Position numbers and translations under genes: made by a program. Of a stretch of DNA of 64,000 bases, positions 60,258 to 64,000 are shown in pieces. The number at the start of each line of letters is the position of its first letter. Position 1 is the first letter of the stretch. The DNA is taken from positions 186,001 through 250,000 of the IMG/VR virus record IMGVR_UViG_3300042455_001086, one strand, 5' to 3'. The notes beneath the pieces were generated by a model that saw nothing but the letters and a program-made list of their open reading frames with translations, was not told where the DNA came from and searched no databases.

Positions 60258-61838
60258 TTATGAATGTGTTATAATCCAGTTATATGGGGATCCGGTTAAA
60301 AAATTTCTTGCGGCAATTCCATCGTAACCACCTGAACTAGCATCTGGTGCGCCGTTTGTTCCCCCTATTTTTAAATTAATATTTGACCATCCGGTCGGAT
60401 TGTAAGTAGCGTTTCCACTAAAATCGACCAAAATGTGGTTTACATCAGAAGATGACATATTATTATCATATAATCCAATAATAGGTCTCCCTTGTGTTGC
60501 CCCTGATATTAATGTGGCTCCTGATAATGGTTTAAAATCAACATAATCTAAATTACAGTCAAACATTCTAAAAGCCGAGAACGAATCGTTATTACTAGTA
60601 TTTCTAAAAAAAGTATTGACGTTAGGAAAAATAACATTAGTTAAATTATCATTACCGCTAACTTGGATATACCCTGTCGAAGCGGAGCTTGACCCACCTA
60701 ATTTTGTTAAATTTGTTAAATTCAAATTTCCGGTTAGGTTACAATTATTAGCCAAATAAGACGTAAAATTTTGTGATGATTGTGTATGCGTTATATTTGT
60801 TAAACCGGTATTATTATATATCGAAAAATTACCACCCAAACCTGATAATGGTGTTAAATCTAAATTTCCTGTTAAATTACAAGAATGCACAGAATAATTA
60901 CTAAAATTTTGTGATGATTGTGTATGTGTAATACCAGTTAAATTGGAATTAGAATGAGCTTGAAAATTACCACCCAATCCTGATAATGGTGTTAAATCTA
61001 AATTTCCTGTTAAATTACAAGAATACACAGAATAAGACGTAAAATTTCGTGATGATTGTGTATGTGTAATACCAGTTAAATTGGGATTACTATAAGATCT
61101 AAAATCACCACCCAAACCTGATAATGGCGTTAAATCTAAATTTCCTGTTAGGTTACAATTATTAGCCCAATATCTTGTAAAATTTTGTGATGATGGTGAA
61201 TGTGTAATACCAGTTAAGTTTAAGTTATTATTAACATAAAATTCACCTCCCAAACCAGATAATGGTGTTAAATCTAAATTTCCTGTTAAATTACAAGAAT
61301 ACACAGAATAAGACGTAAAATTTCGTGATGATTGTGTATGTGTAATACCAGTTAAATTGGAATTATTCTGAGTTTGAAAATCGCCACCCAAACCTGATAA
61401 TGGTGTTAAATCTAAATTTCCTGTTAAATTACAAGAATACACAGAATAAGTACTAAAATTTTGTGATGATGATGAATGTGTTATTCCTGTCAATCTTGGG
61501 TTATTTGAAACAATAAAAACCCCACCCAAACCTAATAATGGTGTTAAATCTAATTTACCATATATGTTATCATTAAATAAATTAAATCCATTAATGTTAC
61601 TAAAACTATTACCTCTCATTTGAATGGTTCTAATTTCTGTGTCAGCAGAAAACCCACTATATGTGATTGAATTTCCGGCTGTTTGTGTAATATTTGTCCC
61701 ATTATTAAGTTTCCAAGAAACCCTTCTTGAACCACTACTAAATGTAACATCCGGATCAAATGATGTTGTTGACCCACTTTTTTGAAATGTCAGTACTTGA
61801 CCTATATTATTTCTTGATGTAAATTGTTGCCTACTCAT
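60258..61838 (-). CDS. LRR-like tandem repeat protein (526 aa), putative receptor-binding/surface protein
   Basis: 46-aa repeats CNLTGNLDLTPLSGLGGxFxxxxNxNLTGITH; C-terminal cap VNHILVD...W; follows a fibre-like gene. Confidence 0.7.
   Translation of the reverse strand: MSRQQFTSRNNIGQVLTFQKSGSTTSFDPDVTFSSGSRRVSWKLNNGTNITQTAGNSITYSGFSADTEIRTIQMRGNSFSNINGFNLFNDNIYGKLDLTPLLGLGGVFIVSNNPRLTGITHSSSSQNFSTYSVYSCNLTGNLDLTPLSGLGGDFQTQNNSNLTGITHTQSSRNFTSYSVYSCNLTGNLDLTPLSGLGGEFYVNNNLNLTGITHSPSSQNFTRYWANNCNLTGNLDLTPLSGLGGDFRSYSNPNLTGITHTQSSRNFTSYSVYSCNLTGNLDLTPLSGLGGNFQAHSNSNLTGITHTQSSQNFSNYSVHSCNLTGNLDLTPLSGLGGNFSIYNNTGLTNITHTQSSQNFTSYLANNCNLTGNLNLTNLTKLGGSSSASTGYIQVSGNDNLTNVIFPNVNTFFRNTSNNDSFSAFRMFDCNLDYVDFKPLSGATLISGATQGRPIIGLYDNNMSSSDVNHILVDFSGNATYNPTGWSNINLKIGGTNGAPDASSGGYDGIAARNFLTGSPYNWIITHS
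60700..61565 (-). repeat. 138-nt tandem repeat, about 6 copies
   Basis: CCTGATAATGGTGTTAAATCTAAATTTCC-like anchor at 60841, 60979, 61117, 61255, 61393 and 61531 (period 138). Confidence 0.92.
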
Positions 61839-61847
61839 AATTAAATT

Positions 61848-62747
61848 TTAGGCATAGTCATTACCAACTGTCCAATACATTGTTGTTCCGTTGTATGTAA
61901 ATGTTATTATATCGGTAGCATTTGCATTTGATGTCAATATTATACCACCACCTCCGTTTGCAACACTATGTGTTACCACACCACCATTAACATTACCTAA
62001 ACTTAATGTTCTTCCACCAACAGCGTCTTGTGTGACAATTAAAGTCCCGTATTCGCCATTTCTTACATTTGTTAATGTTAATGTTGTGTTTGCTGTCAAT
62101 GTTACTTGATAATTTGTGCTAACACCAGAAACATTCCAGTTGAATGAAGTTCCGGTTGAACCGATGTTGGTATATGAACTAATTGGTGTCCCAGTAACCG
62201 ATATTGTGAAGTTTCCATTAGTTCCACTTATTGCAATATTATTACCAGGAGTTAAACCACTAATTGGTAAATTTTGATATGTTGTAGCACTTATTGTTGT
62301 AGCTGTTAAACCTTGTAAAGAAGTATTACCAGTTACAGTTAAGTTTCCATTAACATTTAATGTATTTGCACTTAGTCCACCAGTAAAATTCGTTTCACCA
62401 CTTACAGTTCCACCAGTAAATGATGTTCCGGTTGATCCTGTGAAATTAACACCAAAGTTAGGATATGTTCCAGTAATACTTAAATTGGTTCCTCCACTAA
62501 TACTTACAACCTGATCTGGACTTGTATTTGTTATTGTAAAGTTAGGATATGTTCCTCCAGTTAATATTCCAGTTCCTCCAGATATTGATACTGTATTTCC
62601 GGAATTTATATATGTTTTTAAGTTTGTAATTGTTGTTTGACTTGTTGTTCCACTCAAAACCGTGTAATTTACAATTGGTAATATATCTGTTGGTGTATAT
62701 TGTACACTACTAACAGAAGGTAATTGTGATATTTTTTTATTTGCCAT
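61848..62747 (-). CDS. Tail fibre/adhesin-like protein (Gly/Thr/Ser-rich)
   Basis: MANKKISQLP start, repeated VSISGGT...GTYPNF, C-terminal LIVTQDAVGGRTL...NATDIITFTYNG domain. Confidence 0.6.
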   Translation of the reverse strand: MANKKISQLPSVSSVQYTPTDILPIVNYTVLSGTTSQTTITNLKTYINSGNTVSISGGTGILTGGTYPNFTITNTSPDQVVSISGGTNLSITGTYPNFGVNFTGSTGTSFTGGTVSGETNFTGGLSANTLNVNGNLTVTGNTSLQGLTATTISATTYQNLPISGLTPGNNIAISGTNGNFTISVTGTPISSYTNIGSTGTSFNWNVSGVSTNYQVTLTANTTLTLTNVRNGEYGTLIVTQDAVGGRTLSLGNVNGGVVTHSVANGGGGIILTSNANATDIITFTYNGTTMYWTVGNDYA

Positions 62748-62772
62748 AATTTTTTTTTATAAATACTTGTTT

Positions 62773-63900
62773 TTATGAAGATATTTCTGTCGCAAAGCAA
62801 ATTTCTCCTTTTTCTCTAATTAATCTTTCCATATCATTGAAGGAAATATAAGCTGTGCCATTTATACCCCAACTTCTACCCCAACTATTTTTCATTCTAA
62901 ATATTCTTTTTCTTGTGTCAACACCATTTATCACATAGGCATGACCTCCAAGTAAAGGACCACCAATTCTTATATTTCCATTTCTATCTGGAAAGAACAT
63001 ATTTCTATACCAATTTGTCCCAACCACTACCGGTCCAATATTTAAAACAGAATCAATTAATGTTTGAAGTGTATAACCCCAATAATAATTTCTTACCTTA
63101 CCTACTTGTTGTAGATATTTTACACCACCCCTTACCGAAGTTCCATTATAGTTTTCACCTGGCCATTCATCAAGTTTTTGAGCGTTTTCATAAATTATTT
63201 TAGGTTGAATGATTGGCGCAACACCTGGTTGTCCAATTGGACCGTCTTCCAACCAATGAGCCCAAGAAAAACCAACACAATGCGGTGTATTTCCTTGATT
63301 TCCCCACCATCCATTATCATCCCAATATCTTGATGTTATTGTCACCCTTGATCTTGATGAGGTTAAAAGGTGGTTTTCAATTAAATAATTATTATCCCGT
63401 TCATCTGGCTTATGTGTTCTACCAAGTGGAAATTCTGTTTCGACAACTGTTGTTGTTGCTGTTACTGGAATAACTGGTGTTGAAACACAACAAGGAAATT
63501 CTGAAACATAACAACTTTCATATGGTAAATCATCACCTATAAAACTTTCTTGGATATTAATATATAATTTTTCTCTTATCGGTAAAATTAAAACACCCTC
63601 GTTCTCGGTTCTAAATAAAAACTGACCTTCAAATCTCCCAACCTTATTTGTGTCTTTTGACTGGAATTGGTAATAAACATAATACTCAACCGGAGCATTT
63701 GGATCCGTAAATTCTTTTTTTGTGAAACCAGCCGGCCTTGTCACTATTTTTGGAATTCCGGTTTCAACATCTGACATTGAAAAGAATATTGCTGATTCCT
63801 CAATGAAATTCATAAAACTATTGTAGTCACTTCTACCGTCTTTTACCACTTGAATTTTTAACAATGGTAATGTTGCGTTCTTTTTAATATAAAATTCCAT
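62773..63900 (-). CDS. BppU-like Ig domain fused to a papain-like (C1) cysteine peptidase
   Basis: N-terminal FYIKKNATLPLLK...YQFQSKDTNKVGRFEGQF; catalytic motifs QGNTPHCVGFSW, GGHAYVING, KNSWG. Confidence 0.8.
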   Translation of the reverse strand: MEFYIKKNATLPLLKIQVVKDGRSDYNSFMNFIEESAIFFSMSDVETGIPKIVTRPAGFTKKEFTDPNAPVEYYVYYQFQSKDTNKVGRFEGQFLFRTENEGVLILPIREKLYINIQESFIGDDLPYESCYVSEFPCCVSTPVIPVTATTTVVETEFPLGRTHKPDERDNNYLIENHLLTSSRSRVTITSRYWDDNGWWGNQGNTPHCVGFSWAHWLEDGPIGQPGVAPIIQPKIIYENAQKLDEWPGENYNGTSVRGGVKYLQQVGKVRNYYWGYTLQTLIDSVLNIGPVVVGTNWYRNMFFPDRNGNIRIGGPLLGGHAYVINGVDTRKRIFRMKNSWGRSWGINGTAYISFNDMERLIREKGEICFATEISS

Positions 63901-63930
63901 TTATTGTTTTTACAATAAATATTAGTTTTC

Positions 63931-64000
63931 CTATAATATAATTTCTTCTTTACATTTTTTTAATGCACATTCTATTACTTGGTGCATATCATAGTATTTA
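63931..64000 (-). CDS. glf: C-terminus of a probable UDP-galactopyranose mutase (partial)
   Basis: KYYDMHQVIECALKKCKEEIIL* matches the conserved Glf end (Y)KYYDMHQVI; only 22 codons are visible. Confidence 0.6.
   Translation of the reverse strand, partial: KYYDMHQVIECALKKCKEEIIL

Noticed and set aside
60700-61565. 138-nt repeats as a CRISPR array or DGR template/variable repeat
   Set aside because: The repeats are in-frame protein-coding with no repeat-spacer structure. No reverse transcriptase or separate template repeat is in the window, and the differences do not look confined to adenine positions.
1-64000. Stop-codon reassignment as in some large phages
   Set aside because: Recognisable genes are full length and tightly packed under the standard code.
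1-64000. tRNA, rRNA or group I intron
   Set aside because: Intergenic gaps are short and AT-rich with no cloverleaf seen, and nrdJ and polB are uninterrupted. A covariance-model scan was not possible.

Overview
This is a 64 kb, very AT-rich (roughly 70% by eye), gene-dense segment of a large T4-like (contractile-tail) dsDNA bacteriophage, read with the standard code. Most genes are on the minus strand. It holds a baseplate/tail block (P2 gpI-like, gp6-, gp25-, gp53- and hub-like proteins, tape measure, tail assembly chaperone, tube, sheath, terminator, neck proteins). Interleaved is a replication block: class II ribonucleotide reductase, DnaB-like helicase, 5'-3' exonuclease, RecA/UvsX, gp32-like SSB, SNF2 helicase, family B polymerase and an intein-containing C5 methyltransferase. 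All calls come from motif recognition by eye; no database was searched. Most notable: (1) a 699-aa zincin + Fe/Mn superoxide dismutase + putative PD-(D/E)XK nuclease fusion whose linkers resemble prohead-protease sites, a candidate capsid-packaged polyprotein. (2) An unannotated 143-nt IS200/IS605 tnpB 3' end with omega-RNA-like hairpins and right end, fused in frame into a GIY-YIG gene. (3) Three paralogous nuclease + Mom-like GNAT proteins flanking tail genes, one with its start codon in an 18-bp hairpin that contains the phage promoter motif. (4) A candidate +1/-2 programmed frameshift in the tail chaperone. (5) A recurring TATTTAT upstream motif, the reverse complement of the T4 late promoter. 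(6) Virion proteins carrying OmpA-like, papain-like, membrane and hypervariable LRR-like modules. (7) Small ORFs missed by the ORF track, including the end of a probable glf gene.
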